From the human T2T-CHM13v2.0 reference genome, Homo sapiens, in the NCBI RefSeq assembly GCF_009914755.1, contig NC_060939.1: a stretch of 64,000 bases of DNA. The stretch is one strand, 5' to 3'. Below are positions 1 through 12,858 of the stretch, in pieces (position 1 is the first letter of the stretch; the number at the start of each line of letters is the position of its first letter). The translations under genes were made by a program, and so were the position numbers. The notes under the pieces were generated by a model. The model made no database searches, had not been told where the DNA came from, and saw only the letters and a program-made list of their open reading frames with translations.

Positions 1-719
1 GTGGAGGGCAGAGTGGATGAGGACAGCAGGGGTAGAGGGAGCAGATGGGCACTACCCAGCAGGGCATCATTATTTAGCCTGTTATGAGGAGAAAGATGAT
101 GTATGTAAAACACTTAGTATGTAGCTTAACACATAGTAGGATCTCAACAAATGGGAGCTATTTTATCATCCTTGGTGTCTTTAATGCAGTTATATATGCA
201 TGTTGTTCTTCACTCAGAGAGCCTGTGAAGTACTCCTTGGAGGCCTAGTGTGTGCTGTGCCCTTGTGGAGATACAAGCAGTAGTGTGGTTCCGAGATGGC
301 CTTTGGGGAGATAAGACATGGACACAGATGCCCGTGAGACAAGGCAGAGGCCACAAAGGACCACAACTTCTAGTTCTCTTTTTTTTCCTTTTCAATACTT
401 GTAAAAGCTCTTTCTTTTTCCAATAGGATTCCAATTAGAATACACGTTTACTGCAGAAAATGTGAAACTTGCAGAAGAACATAAAGAAGAGAATAAAAAT
501 GACCACTCTGCCCTCTCCAGAGATAAGCACTGTTAATATTTTTGTGAATTCCCCTACTTCTATGCATTCTGTTTTGCAGAGTTGGTCTCATACTAGACAG
601 TTTCGTAGCCTGTGTTTTTTTGTTTTTGTTTTCTTTTTCACTTCTTTCATAAGCATTGAAATCATTCCAAAAATAGCTTTTAATGGCTTCATAAGAGTAA
701 ATCACATGTTTGGGACAAT

Positions 720-965
720 GAACTGAGAATCAGCAGACTAACTTCTAATTGCAGCTTCATCAGTTATTAGCCACGTGACAACGACAAGTTACGTAACTTT
801 TTCTGAGCCTCAGCTTCTTCCTTTGCAAAATGATGTGGGAGGGAAGATAAAGTAGGCATCTTATAAAGTTGTTGTAAAGAGAAATGAGATAATTATATGA
901 AACTATTAGCTCAATGTCTGGGACATAGTGAAGCGCTAAATAGTAGTTATCATAATTGCTGTTAT
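720..965 (+). mobile_element. MIR
   Basis: Core 'ttctgagcctcagcttcttcctttgcaaaatg' and MIR 3' end. Confidence 0.75.
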
Positions 966-1114
966 TAGTTCATAGCCATCCCTCTATTACTGAATATTTC
1001 AGGTGTTTTCAGTGTATTTTTACACAAATGTTAGGACATTTTTTAACTGAAATCTCTTTCCACAATTCAACTTTTTCCTTAGAATATATAAAGCTAGTGG
1101 TCCTGGGTATAAAC

Positions 1115-1340
1115 ATGTAAAAGTTCAAGTTCTGGAGTCAGGTTGTGTGAGCCGACGCCCCAGCCATATACGACTTACTAGCTGTGTGATCCGAGAAAAG
1201 TCACTTAACTTCTCTGTCCTTCAGTTTCCTCTTCTCTAAAATGAGATAATAATCGTATCATTTGTTTGAGGGTCAAGTGAGATGACAGAAGCAAAGCACT
1301 TGGCAAAAACCAAAATAGATATTAGCCAATGTTATTATCA
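1115..1340 (+). mobile_element. MIR
   Basis: 'cttactagctgtgtga...tcacttaacttctctgtccttcagtttcctcttctctaaaatgagataat'. Confidence 0.75.
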
Positions 1341-1358
1341 TGCATACTGCCATTATAT

Positions 1359-1362
<4 letters not shown>

Positions 1363-1391
<29 letters not shown>

Positions 1392-1673
1392 GAGACGTAG
1401 TCTTGCTCTGTCACCCAGGCTGGAGCGCAGTGGCGCGATCTCAGCTCACTGTAAGCTCCACCTCCTGGGTTCACACCATTCTCCTGCCTCAGCCTCCCCA
1501 GCAGCTGAGACTACAGGCACCCACCACCACGCCCCGCTAATTTTTTGTATTTTTAGTAGAGAACGGGGTTTCACCGTGTTAGCCAGGATGGTCTCGATCT
1601 GTTGACCTCGTGATCCGCCCCCCTCAGCCTCCCAAAGTGCTGGGATTACAGGCGTGAGCCACCGCGCCCGGCC
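1363..1673 (-). mobile_element. AluY
   Basis: Full dimer, poly-T, Y diagnostics (aagctcc, ttcacaccattc), TSD cattatatgct. Confidence 0.9.
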
Positions 1674-2024
1674 TCATTATATGCTTTTAATTGCATTTAG
1701 CACTGGGCTAAACACACAGTAGACTTCCAATTAATACATATCATATTAAACTGAATTGAAGATCGGTTACTATGAGTGTTCCTTGAGAACTCTGGAAGGT
1801 ACCCTGACTATTCATAAGGAGGTTAACCCAAGGCCAGTCCTCCCACATCTTACCCCCTCCCCCACTTTGGAAAGAACTTTCTTTTTGTCTCAGTTTGACT
1901 TACAAGACTGTTCATTTGTTACAGAGTTTCCTTGACAAACCCCCAAATAGTGTAAGACCTCTCCAGAGGCTTCTGGGATGACAGGCTAAGTCCCTCTCTC
2001 CAGTGGTGCCACCCAAGAGTTTAG

Positions 2025-2398
<374 letters not shown>

Positions 2399-2456
2399 TG
2401 AGGGCATCACATTGCTTTATTCCAGGCTTGGGATTTGAGCATCTATTGTATTACAG

Positions 2457-2786
2457 CAGGGGTCCCCAACCCCCGAGCTACAGACAGTGGGCAATTAGGA
2501 TCCGGGCCTCACAGCCAGAGGCGAGCAGTGGGCGAGCAAGCATAACCGCCTGAGCTCCGCCTGTCAGAGCAGTGGCAACATAAGATCCTCATAGCAGCGC
2601 AAACCCTATTGTGAACTGCACATGCTAGAGATCTAGGTTGCATGCTCCTTATGAGAATCTAATGCCTGATGATCTGAGGTGGAACAGTTTCATCCTGAAG
2701 CTATGCCCCCTGCCCCCACACTGGTCCATGGAAAAACTGTCTTCCATGAAACCCATCCCTGATGCCCAAAATGTTGGGGACTGCTG
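2457..2786 (+). mobile_element. MER1B (hAT-Charlie MITE)
   Basis: TIRs caggggtccccaac / gttggggactgctg; internal 'atgagaatctaatgcctgatgatctgaggtggaacagtttc'. Confidence 0.9.
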
Positions 2787-2790
2787 GTGT

Positions 2791-2941
2791 ATAGGGTACT
2801 GTAGTAGGCACCAGATACTACCTGAGCTAGCTCTTATCTAAAGCAGAAAACTCTTGGCCAATAAATCAACTCTTAGTATTTGGCTCTTGTTGTGAACATA
2901 AATAAACATTTGGTGCTTCAGAGATAACCCCTTTAGTAAAC
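2791..2941 (+). repeat. Local duplication, copy 1 (partner 6004-6154)
   Basis: Ungapped alignment to 6004-6154 with about 17 mismatches in ~150 bp. Confidence 0.9.
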
Positions 2942-3641
2942 CCAAGAGATATCCCCACTCACATGAGCAAATTATATACAAAATCCCAATGGGAAGATTA
3001 GTTTATGCCAAGGATAGGATTGTGTAATCTAGAAACTTGGCAATACAGGCATACCAGGACACTGGAGCTGGCAGTACCCTCTGCTGGGCTTGCTGTATAG
3101 CTACCAACCTCCGGTAGAAATAGTACCATTTAGGAGTTAGTAGATTGATTGATGAAGAGATGAATTTCCACATGCTGGGTACAAGGAATGGATAGTCAAG
3201 TGGCTAGTTACCGTGATCTAATTTTTTGAAATTCTCCTATGACAAAGCTTGAAACTCAGGTCTTGAATCCTCAGAGGTGATTTCCATGTTGTTAGATGTT
3301 AATGTGCATTGTGATACGTCACCCCCAAGCAAACCATCAGTTCATTCATCCCACAAAAGTTTATTAAGCACCTACTGTGTGCAAGGCACTGTTAGGATTC
3401 GTGGATTAACCATTGTCTAAACAGGAAAGGCAAATATGCAGCAAGTATTCCATAAATCCCTTATCCTTTTCCCAAACCAGACACTCATCTTGCCACAAGC
3501 CTGGACATGGCCTCAGAATCCATCTCAACAGAGGGATCCAGGCAGTTCTTATCAATCAAATGGAATTAACATGCCGTATTAAACCTGTTTGCAATCTTGG
3601 AGCTAGAACACTGTAGATGCTTAGAGAATATGGAGACAAGA

Positions 3642-3725
3642 GAGCTCAGGAGGTCAAGGCTGCAGTAAGCCAAGGTGGCACTGCACCCAAGCCTCAGTGA
3701 CAGAGAGAGACCCTGTCTCATAAAA

Positions 3726-3756
<31 letters not shown>

Positions 3757-3762
3757 ACAAAA
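3642..3762 (+). mobile_element. 5'-truncated AluJ right-arm fragment
   Basis: 'gagctcaggaggtcaaggctgcagt...gaccctgtctc' plus A-rich tail. Confidence 0.8.
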
Positions 3763-4862
3763 GCCAATCCTGGTCTGGAAGCTGGACCCTGCATCCAACC
3801 CTGGGGAATCCACTGGGGAGAATATGGAGACAAGAGAAAGAAGTCCAAGCAGTAATCAGCCATTTTGGAATGAGGTAGGATAATTTTCAAAACAGCTCCA
3901 TAGCTGTGCCACCATGCAAGCTAAGCAAACACCATCTAGGGTGAGGGAAGCTAAGAGCACAGATGCTGCTATTTGACCTTAAGCAAGTCACTTTCATCTA
4001 TCTGAGCTCCAGTTTTCTTATTTATAAAATGGGGGTGATACTAACTATGCCTACATCATAGCGTTGTGATGAGTAAATGAGATGATGCAATGCATTCAAC
4101 AATGCAAAAATGTATTATCATTTAACGATGCCATGTATTTAACAACGCCTGTCTAATAGTAAGCCATTTGCTTTCAGTAACTAAATGTAGACTGTATTAG
4201 GTAAAGAAGAATAAAATAAATTATCCTCTTCCAACCAACCCATCAGTAGGAGGACATTCCAGACATGTGATAAAACAGAAAGCTTTTAGGCCCAAGTTCT
4301 AGAACTAGAGTTATCTTATTTCCATTAGGAAATACACTCATTGAACCTCACAGAGCTTGTTTCCAGGAACTGCCCCAGAATATAAACGCTTGGTCACTAG
4401 GGCATATATTTCTTGGCTGGAGCTCTGCCCCACCCTGAAACACACCCCATCAGAGAGCGGCAATAATGTAAAATGGCAATGTGTTCTCCCTTGCCTTGTC
4501 AAATGCCTAAAAGGCATATATTCTTTGATTTACGAAAGGAGACCCTCACCAAACACATGAAATATTACAGCAGAACTTGCATCTAGAACTCAGTGAGAAT
4601 GCCAGATAGCCTATACTCCTATTCTGCCATCTTTTGTTGGTGAATATTTATCATTATTACATTACAAACACATTTAGGAAATACAGAGAAGGAAAAACAA
4701 GAAGATAAACCACGATTTAGGCGCAAAAAAATGTTGTTAACATATTAATATCTATCCAAACTCTTCCCTCTGCATGTTTAAATTTTAAGAAATAAGAGAT
4801 TTTTAAATTTAAAATCACTGCTTAAATTATCTCTCTCTTTCTCTCTCTGTCTCTCTCTCTAG

Positions 4863-4980
4863 TTTATCATTACCAGTTAAAGATCCAGTTCATCAACCAA
4901 ACTGAGACGCCAATACAAACAACTTTTACCATGTCACTACTCGGAACAAAAGAGAAAATGCAGAAAATTCCCATCACTCT
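4863..4980 (+). CDS. LIPC: Hepatic lipase exon 7 (118 bp)
   Basis: (CT)n tract and AG at 4861-62; translates (V)YHYQLKIQFINQTETPIQTTFTMSLLGTKEKMQKIPITL; donor GTGAGT at 4981; contains the NQT sequon. Matches human LIPC as recalled. Confidence 0.98.
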
Positions 4981-5091
4981 GTGAGTAGGAGGTGTAGCCC
5001 CCTAGGGTGATGACATTTATTTTTCTTGCAGAACATAAATGGACTCTGTAATTTTCAAGAGTCAGGCCAGCTACAACTACTTTATTCCAGA

Positions 5092-5973
5092 CGCAAACCA
5101 AAAAGTATCTGAGACACATGTCAATCAATTTAGTTTATTTTGCCAAGGTTAAAGACATTATCGTGACACAGCCTCAGGAGGTCCTGGTGACCTGTATCCA
5201 AGGTGGTCAGGCTACAGCTTGGCTTTATACATTATAGGAAGATATAAGACATCAATCAGTACTTGTAAGATGTACACTGGTTTGGTCCAGAAAGGCAGGA
5301 GAACTCAAAGTGGTTTGGGGTTGGAGGTGCAGGGGAGCTTCCAAGTCATGGGTGCATTCAAAGATTTTCTGATTGGCATTGGTTGAATGAGTTTATCTAA
5401 AGATCTAGAATCAATAGAAGGGAGTGTCTGGATTAAGATAAGGGGTTGTGGAGACCAAGGTTCTTATTATGCAGAAGAAGCCTCCAGGTAGCAGGCTTCA
5501 GAGACAATTGATTGTAAATGTTACTTATCAGACTTAAAAAGGTGCCAGACTTAGTTCATTCTCTCCCAGATCAGTGAAAAGACCTGGATAGGGAAGGGAA
5601 TTCTCTACAGAATGTAGATTTTCCCACCACAAGACAGCTGTTCAGGGCCCTTTCAAAATATGTCAAAGAAATATATTTTAGGGTAAAATAGTTTAATTTC
5701 TTTCAGGGCCTGCTGTCTGTCATGTGATGCTATACTAGAGTCAGGCTGGAATTTGGTGTCTTATTGCTACAAAAAGTCTGCTTCATCAGTCTTAAAATCT
5801 GGGTTTTAATGTTAATGCTGGTCAGTTGTGCCTGAATTCCAAAGGGAGGAGAGTATAAAGAGGCATGTCCCACCTCCCCTTCCCACCATGGCTTGAACTT
5901 TGGAATGCCCTTGGCTGAGAGAAGGGGTCCATTCAGATGGTTGGAGGGCTTAGAATTTTATTTTTAGTTTACA
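5092..5973 (-). mobile_element. MER4-family (MER4D-like) ERV1 solo LTR in LIPC intron 7
   Basis: Reverse complement begins tgtaaactaaaaataaaattctaagccc and ends near cagatactttttggtttgcg; about 880 bp. Confidence 0.8.
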
Positions 5974-6003
5974 TGGGCTTGAGCATTTAAGCACCAATCA
6001 CAT

Positions 6004-6154
6004 ACAGGGCACTGTGATAGGCGCCAGATACTACCTGAGCTAGCTCTTACCTACAGCAGAAAACTCTTGGTCCACAAGTCAACTCTTAGTGTTTGGTTCT
6101 TTTTGTGAACATAAATAAATATTTGGTGCTTCAGAAACAACCCCTTTAGTAAAC
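6004..6154 (+). repeat. Local duplication, copy 2 (partner 2791-2941)
   Basis: Shares e.g. ccagatactacctgagctagctctta (26 bp exact) with copy 1. Confidence 0.9.
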
Positions 6155-7502
6155 ACAGCCCATCCCACATGGCCATCCTGGTCAGACAGGACATCCACCC
6201 AAGCCCGAACCCTCACGTCCCTCCTCAGCCTCTCCAGTTCCCACCAACTGCTCAATGTTATGCACTGTGGGCTGAGCAGACAGGGAAGCCAGAGATGGCC
6301 CCACCAGGGCCTGCAGTGCAGAGGCAGGTGGTGAGGGGCGGAGCAGGTGTTCCCAAGAGGTCCCAAGAGCCTTTCCAGTGAGTTCGTAACCCAGAAATTC
6401 AAGTGGTATCTTTTGACTTGGCACAGATTTCCAATTTCAATCAGCCTGCTCTGCCAGCCTCCCCATCTGTCCTTCACCCTGTTACCCACCTGCTCACTCT
6501 GAGGCTCCCCAGCCTCTCTGGCCTCTCAACCCTCAGCATGGACTCTCCCTGGAAAGTGACACTAGCCCCTCACCCACTCCAGAGATGATCCTGAGCTTCC
6601 CGAAAATTGCCCCCAGCTTTGGATCTCTGATCATCACACTGATTCAGTCATTCAGCAAGCATTTGTTGATGCTCTGTCCAACACCTACCTAAGGATACAG
6701 AGGACCCTAGCCTCTGGATGCTCACAACCTGGCAGGGCGGGGGGATTCCTAAACAATTCTTCACAGCATACTCGGGAAGAGCTATGCCAAGCCACACAAG
6801 GGACCCCCCCCCAACCCCACCATCCATCTGCCTCGCCCTAAATCCACTGCTGCCTCTGCACTGCCAAAAATCTCTCCCAGGGGATGGTTCCCAATAGTGG
6901 AAAGGGCATCTCGCTGCTCTGTCAACGTTGGGATATTTTAGTGTCTTGGAGATTAGTGAGTAAAGCTAATCATGATACCTCAGAGTCTGCATTTAAATCT
7001 TGCTCTAAATCGGTGCATCCTTTTTATGTGTAGTTTTTCTATTACTGTTATGCCTCACTGTTTTAACAGAGGTTTCTATTTATATGGGGGGAGGAGCATT
7101 ACTTGGGAGAGAGTGCATGCTGCAGGCATACTATGTTAAACCTACAGAGAGCTGAACTGTCCAGACACCGTTGCCAAAGCCCCACTGTCTCCACAGCGGC
7201 TTCTTCCTAGAAGCTAAGCTAGAGAAAGTTAACTAGATTTGTTATAGTGGGACTTCTCGGAGCCTTTTTGATGTGTTAGCCAGAAAATAGTATAGTTTTC
7301 GCAATTTTATTATCTGGAAATCCCTTTTTTATCCTGGCACACCTACTGCTAACTCTATCAATAGTCTGTTGAACACTAGTTTGGGAAATGCAGCAAAAAT
7401 CCCAAGTCATTCAGGGAAACACAACACATCCTGAATGTGTGTGACCGTCACTTTGCTGTTACGACTAAACTGATTGTGTCTGATTTTCTTTGTGTATTCA
7501 AG

Positions 7503-7721
7503 GGGCAAAGGAATTGCTAGTAATAAAACGTATTCCTTTCTTATCACGCTGGATGTGGATATCGGCGAGCTGATCATGATCAAGTTCAAGTGGGAAAACA
7601 GTGCAGTGTGGGCCAATGTCTGGGACACGGTCCAGACCATCATCCCATGGAGCACAGGGCCGCGCCACTCAGGCCTCGTTCTGAAGACGATCAGAGTCAA
7701 AGCAGGAGAAACCCAGCAAAG
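7503..7721 (+). CDS. LIPC: Hepatic lipase exon 8 (219 bp, PLAT domain)
   Basis: Acceptor ttcaag, donor GTGACT at 7722; GKGIASNKTYSFLITLDVDIGELIMIKFKWENSAVWANVWDTVQTIIPWSTGPRHSGLVLKTIRVKAGETQQR (ORF 7474..7725); phase continuous with exons 7 and 9. Confidence 0.98.
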
Positions 7722-7754
7722 GTGACTGCTGATTCAATCTCCTATTAACGTCCA

Positions 7755-7930
7755 TTAAGCACCCACTTGTGCCAGGCAGTCTCACAATTTAATACTCACA
7801 TTCATCATGTGAGGTGAGTATTATTAGGCCCTAGTGATGGAGTACAGAAGCTCAGAAAGGTGAAGTGACTATCCCAACTTTACATAGCCACAGGTGCCAG
7901 GACAAGGATTCACACCCAGGTCTTTGAATA
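7755..7930 (-). mobile_element. MIR
   Basis: 'agaagctcagaaaggtgaagtgactatccca...ggattcacacccaggtct'. Confidence 0.7.
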
Positions 7931-8148
7931 CACACCAGGGTCTCCCCACTGCCCGTGGCTAACGCTGCCTGCCTCTGGAGCCTGAGGACCACCACACTAA
8001 CCCCAGGCTTCTCAAGCTTCAGTGCAGGTGAATCACCAGGTGATGTCAGTGCTGCCAGTCCAAGGTGCTGTGGTAGATGCAACATCTTTTTTTTATTGTT
8101 TGCCCAAAGTAAATCTTTTAACAGATCACAATATCAAAAATCTCAATG

Positions 8149-8182
<34 letters not shown>

Positions 8183-8449
8183 GTCGTATCTTTCAAATGT
8201 CAGTTGCCAAAGAATCACTGGGAAGCCAAACACATTTGCAGAATTCCTGGACCTACCCGCAGATTCATGGTGGGCTTGGGAAGGGGTCCAGGATGCCTGT
8301 TGTTGAATAAGAGCCCTAAGAAACTCCAATGTAGAACAATGGGTCACCCATAAGAAATGCTGCTGTGTTTGATTTAACATCTCCCGTGGCCCCAAAGTCT
8401 CCAGGGATACAAAGGAGCTGGGGTGGGGAGCAAAGAAAAGGAAGGACAG

Positions 8450-8752
8450 AGCTGGGCGTGGTGGCTCACACCTGTAATCCCAGCACTTTGGGAGGCCTTT
8501 GGCGGGCGGATCACCTGAGGTCAGGAGTTCAAGACCAGCCTGGCCGACATGGTGAAATCCCGTCTCTACAAAAATACAAAAATTAGCTGGGCGTGGTGGC
8601 GCACACTGGTAGTCCCAGCTACTCGGGGGGCTGAGGCAGAAGAATCAGTTGAACCCAGGAGGTGGAGGTTGCAGTTAGCCAAGATCGCGGCATTGCACTC
8701 CAGCCTGGATGACAGAGAGAGAGACTCCGTCTCAAAAAATAATAATAATAAT
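8450..8752 (+). mobile_element. AluSx-like with (AAT)n tail
   Basis: Full dimer; 15-bp TSD aaagaaaaggaagga at 8432 and 8756. Confidence 0.9.
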
Positions 8753-10021
8753 AGAAAAGAAAAGGAAGGATGCTCCAGCGCTCCTGAAGTCCTCCCAGCA
8801 GAAGAAAGGGCTGCCCAGCACACCCTGCCATAGCAACCGTGCTTTTCGGTCATCCGTGGTTCTCCACGGCAGAATTCCAGGCATCCCCGGGCCCTCTCCT
8901 CTCTCTTCCCTTCTCTATTCAGGAAACGGTCTCTCCTCTCCCACCTTCACTTGTCGCGAAGGCCATGTTTCTCTTTGGCTTGTCCTCAGAGAGGTGGAAA
9001 ACAGCAGGTTTCTAACCTCTGAACTACCCTCTTCCCTCACCCCCTGGGTTTCACTGCCAGGTGCCGGCCTGTGGCAGATGTATGCCCCTGAGTCCCTTTA
9101 TACAACCGCACTCTGAGATTTTATCTCCCTGGGATGCAAAATCCTGGCAATTACTGAGAGCATACTCTGCCGTCTGCCAACAGGTCTCCCAACAGGATCA
9201 ATCTGGGAAGATTAAACTGCTCGCTCCTCTTCTGCACTGAGCTCTTCTCACATGACTCTTTGGCCCATTGGAGCAGCGCTGCTTCTGAGCTCTGACCCTG
9301 CCCAGATGCTCTTAGCTGGAGAGTAATTCCTCAGTTTAGGTGGCTGCTCACCCTGACAATCCCATGTGGCTTGACCTGAAAGGGTGGCTAAAGCACAACA
9401 CTACCTTCTCCACTGGGGCACACCCATGTGGTACGGAAGAAGAAATGAGGAGAGGGAGGGGCCTGGCCCTTCCAGGGCTCCCACACGGGGTGAGCATTGA
9501 AGCAGGTGCTCCATGGCATTGGTCTCACGTGATCTTTGCTGTGATCCTGAAATGGGTAGTATTGGCTGTGCAGATTAGGAACCTGAGGCTCACAGAAGTT
9601 ACACAGCTTGAGGACATTGCTCAAAATTGTCCCAGTCCAGATTTGACTGGGATTTGTCTGATTTATTACCCATTTGTTGGGGGTGTGCTGTTTCCAACAG
9701 TTCCTTCTTCCATTAGTTTTGGTTCCATTAATCTGAATTTTCTCAGTCTATTCTAGCAGAGTTGCAGTGCTGGACATTAACATATGTATGCATCAAACCC
9801 ATCCTTAGGGCTGTAGGAGGTACTGCATGCAGGTTATGGGAGCTATAATTTTTTTTAGGTTGTAAATACCGAGTGCCTCCTCTGTGTCTACACAGTGCCA
9901 GGTACTATCGGAGAACACAAAAAAAAAAAAAAAAATCTGAGTTGTGGCTCTTGGTAGAAATAAACTCCAGGACCTAACCAGGAAAATAAGATGAATTAAT
10001 TTTACTAACGGTGTGGTCCAT

Positions 10022-10185
10022 CCCAGGGCTTCTCAAACTTTCACGAGCATACAAAGCATCTGGGAATCATGTTAAAATGCAGGTTCTGCTTTAGTGAGTC
10101 TGGGGTGAGCCTGATGTTCTGCATTTCTAACAAGCGACCAGGCAATGCTGTTGCTGCAGGTCAACAGACCACACTTTGAATAGTG
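10022..10185. mobile_element. MER5 (hAT-Charlie)
   Basis: 'cttctcaaacttt...ctgcatttctaacaag...gaccacactttgaatag'. Confidence 0.75.
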
Positions 10186-10983
10186 AGAGTCCAGCATTAC
10201 ACAACCCGGGAAGTGTAAGAAGAAAGTTCAGACCCGTACACTTGGGGCTGTGCTGCAACATGCTTTGAGGAGGCCAAGAGGTGTTCCCAGGGAGACAGGC
10301 AGCCGGCAAAGCAATATGGCTGGCAGGATCGGATGGACTCCAGTGTCAGCCAGTCCTAAACTCACATTTTAACTTCACTGCTCACAATCTGTGTAGCCTC
10401 AAACAATAACTTCACTCTTCAAGACTCAGTTGTTTAGTGATAAACGAGAATCATAATATACATTTCATGAGACTAATAACAACTACTAATTTTTTAGTGC
10501 CTTTTGCAGACCAAAATCCCAGAATCGGGATGGGAACATTAAACTCTACACTCGTAATATCGCTGCTAAGTGCAAGTGGGAAAAGAAGTAGGTTAAGTAA
10601 CTTGCTCTGTGCCTCCATGGAAGAAATTCAGTGGAAGGTGGTTTTCTTCCCCCAAAGGCACAAAATCAGGGATGAGTAGGGTTGTGGAGATGGTGAAGAG
10701 AAAGAGAAGAAATTATTGGCCCTACAGCAAGACCAAGTATAATAACTGGCTAAACCTAATGAGAAGACATTCAATTTCCACAGTACTCATATAAATGCAA
10801 AATAAAATCAAAGAAATTATCACTGGTTACTCATTAGTTTGGCAGGAATTCAAAAACGGACAACATCCAGAGTTAGTAAAGATGTGGAGAAACGGGCATT
10901 CTCATACACTATTAGTGAGAGTGTAAATTACAGGCATTTTGTAGGGGAATTTCATTCAACAACTAACGTTTAGTGAGTACCTA

Positions 10984-11415
<432 letters not shown>

Positions 11416-12715
11416 TTATCACATGTTTAAATATGCATACTACTTTGAGCCAGAATTTTATTTCTAGGTGTCTTATCATCTTTCTGGAGTATCTGTGCAC
11501 ATAATCAAAATATGCACAAAGGCTATATATGAATACATATGTACAGAATGTTTGTTGCAGTACTATTAAATAAATACTATACATAATAAGTAAATAGTAA
11601 ACTCTTGAGAAAATCTTAATGTCTAACAGTAGGAAAATGCATTGTGGTTCATCCTTAAAATGGAATGTCATGAAGCAGGTGAAAAATAGTGAAATAGACT
11701 TCTACCTACTGATATGAGCAAGTCTCTGAGTACCATTTTCTGGTAACAAGGAAAAATTGCAGGAAAACATACACAACATGATGCCACTCAATATATGTAA
11801 ATGCATAGGAACAAGTCTGGAAATGCATAAACCAAATCATAAATGTAGAGAGGGGAGTGATGTTAGTGAAGGCCGATGGTGAAGAGGTTCTTTATTATTT
11901 GGCTTCATTTATTCCTTTACCATTTGAATTTTCAAGAATGCATTCACAAATTACTCATAGCATTTTTAAATTTTAAAAGTCCAGTTTAGTGAAGACTTGA
12001 CCTTAGACGCAATTCAAAGAAAAAAGAAGTAATAAACTAGAATTTTTCTACAGATATATCTATAGATATATATTTAACAGATGCAATTGGAAATAATAAC
12101 ACAAAATGGTATCTCGGGCCAAGCCAACAGCCAAAGCAGTCTAGTTGTTGTTTCCAAAACACATAGTGGTGTCCTCTTTAGTGGACAATGTCAGCTCCAA
12201 TATGAGGAAGGGGCAGGGCTTACAGGGCTGAGCCAGGCAGAAACCGATGACACTGGCCTCATGCCAAGGACCTTTAAGAACAGCATTTACAAACTGGAGC
12301 TTGTCCAAGGAGGGAAGGCTGAGGAGGTAAGCTTGCCTTAGGAGGAAGGGTTGAGGAACTAGAAACGTTTGCCCTGAAGTCAAGGCAAATGTGGTCAAGG
12401 AAACAATAGTCACCCTCAAATCTTCGATGAGCTGTCATAGGGGAGAACAAAGGAGGGCTGCCCCAGGACTTTCCTTCTTACAGAACTGAAATCACCCCAG
12501 TGAAGAACTCCAGGAAGTCTTACACTGATGGCTTTCACTGACTTGGGTTTTGTTTTTCTCTGAAGTTACAAAAATATTTGCGAACATAAGAATCTAACTT
12601 AAAAAAAGACATCACATGCCTTACACAAATTGAGTGAAATTTGATAAAGAATGAAACACTTCAATAAGCTCCACCTAAAACTTAATGCTGTGTTTGCTTC
12701 CTGTTTTCTATTCAG

Positions 12716-12827
12716 AATGACATTTTGTTCAGAAAACACAGATGACCTACTACTTCGCCCAACCCAGGAAAAAATCTTCGTGAAATGTGAAATAAAGTCT
12801 AAAACATCAAAGCGAAAGATCAGATGA
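12716..12827 (+). CDS. LIPC: Hepatic lipase exon 9, coding part (basic heparin-binding C-terminus, TGA at 12825-27)
   Basis: Acceptor ttcag; (R)MTFCSENTDDLLLRPTQEKIFVKCEIKSKTSKRKIR*. Confidence 0.98.
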
Positions 12828-12852
12828 GATTTAATGAAGACCCAGTGTAAAG

Positions 12853-12858
12853 AATAAA
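12853..12858 (+). terminator. LIPC: Proximal LIPC poly(A) signal AATAAA (further AATAAA at 12935, 13226, 13454)
   Basis: AATAAA 26 nt after the stop codon, consistent with a short-UTR mRNA. Confidence 0.75.

Noticed and set aside
6299-6315. CTCF-like CCACCAGGGC motif
   Set aside because: Only a partial match to CCACCAGGGGGCGC; not supportable without ChIP data.
12054-12071. 18-bp perfect palindrome ATATATCTATAGATATAT
   Set aside because: Low-complexity AT dinucleotide sequence, easily produced by slippage.
12791-12796. AATAAA inside the LIPC coding sequence
   Set aside because: Explained by codons GAA ATA AAG; its use would give a non-stop mRNA, and a better-placed signal follows at 12853.
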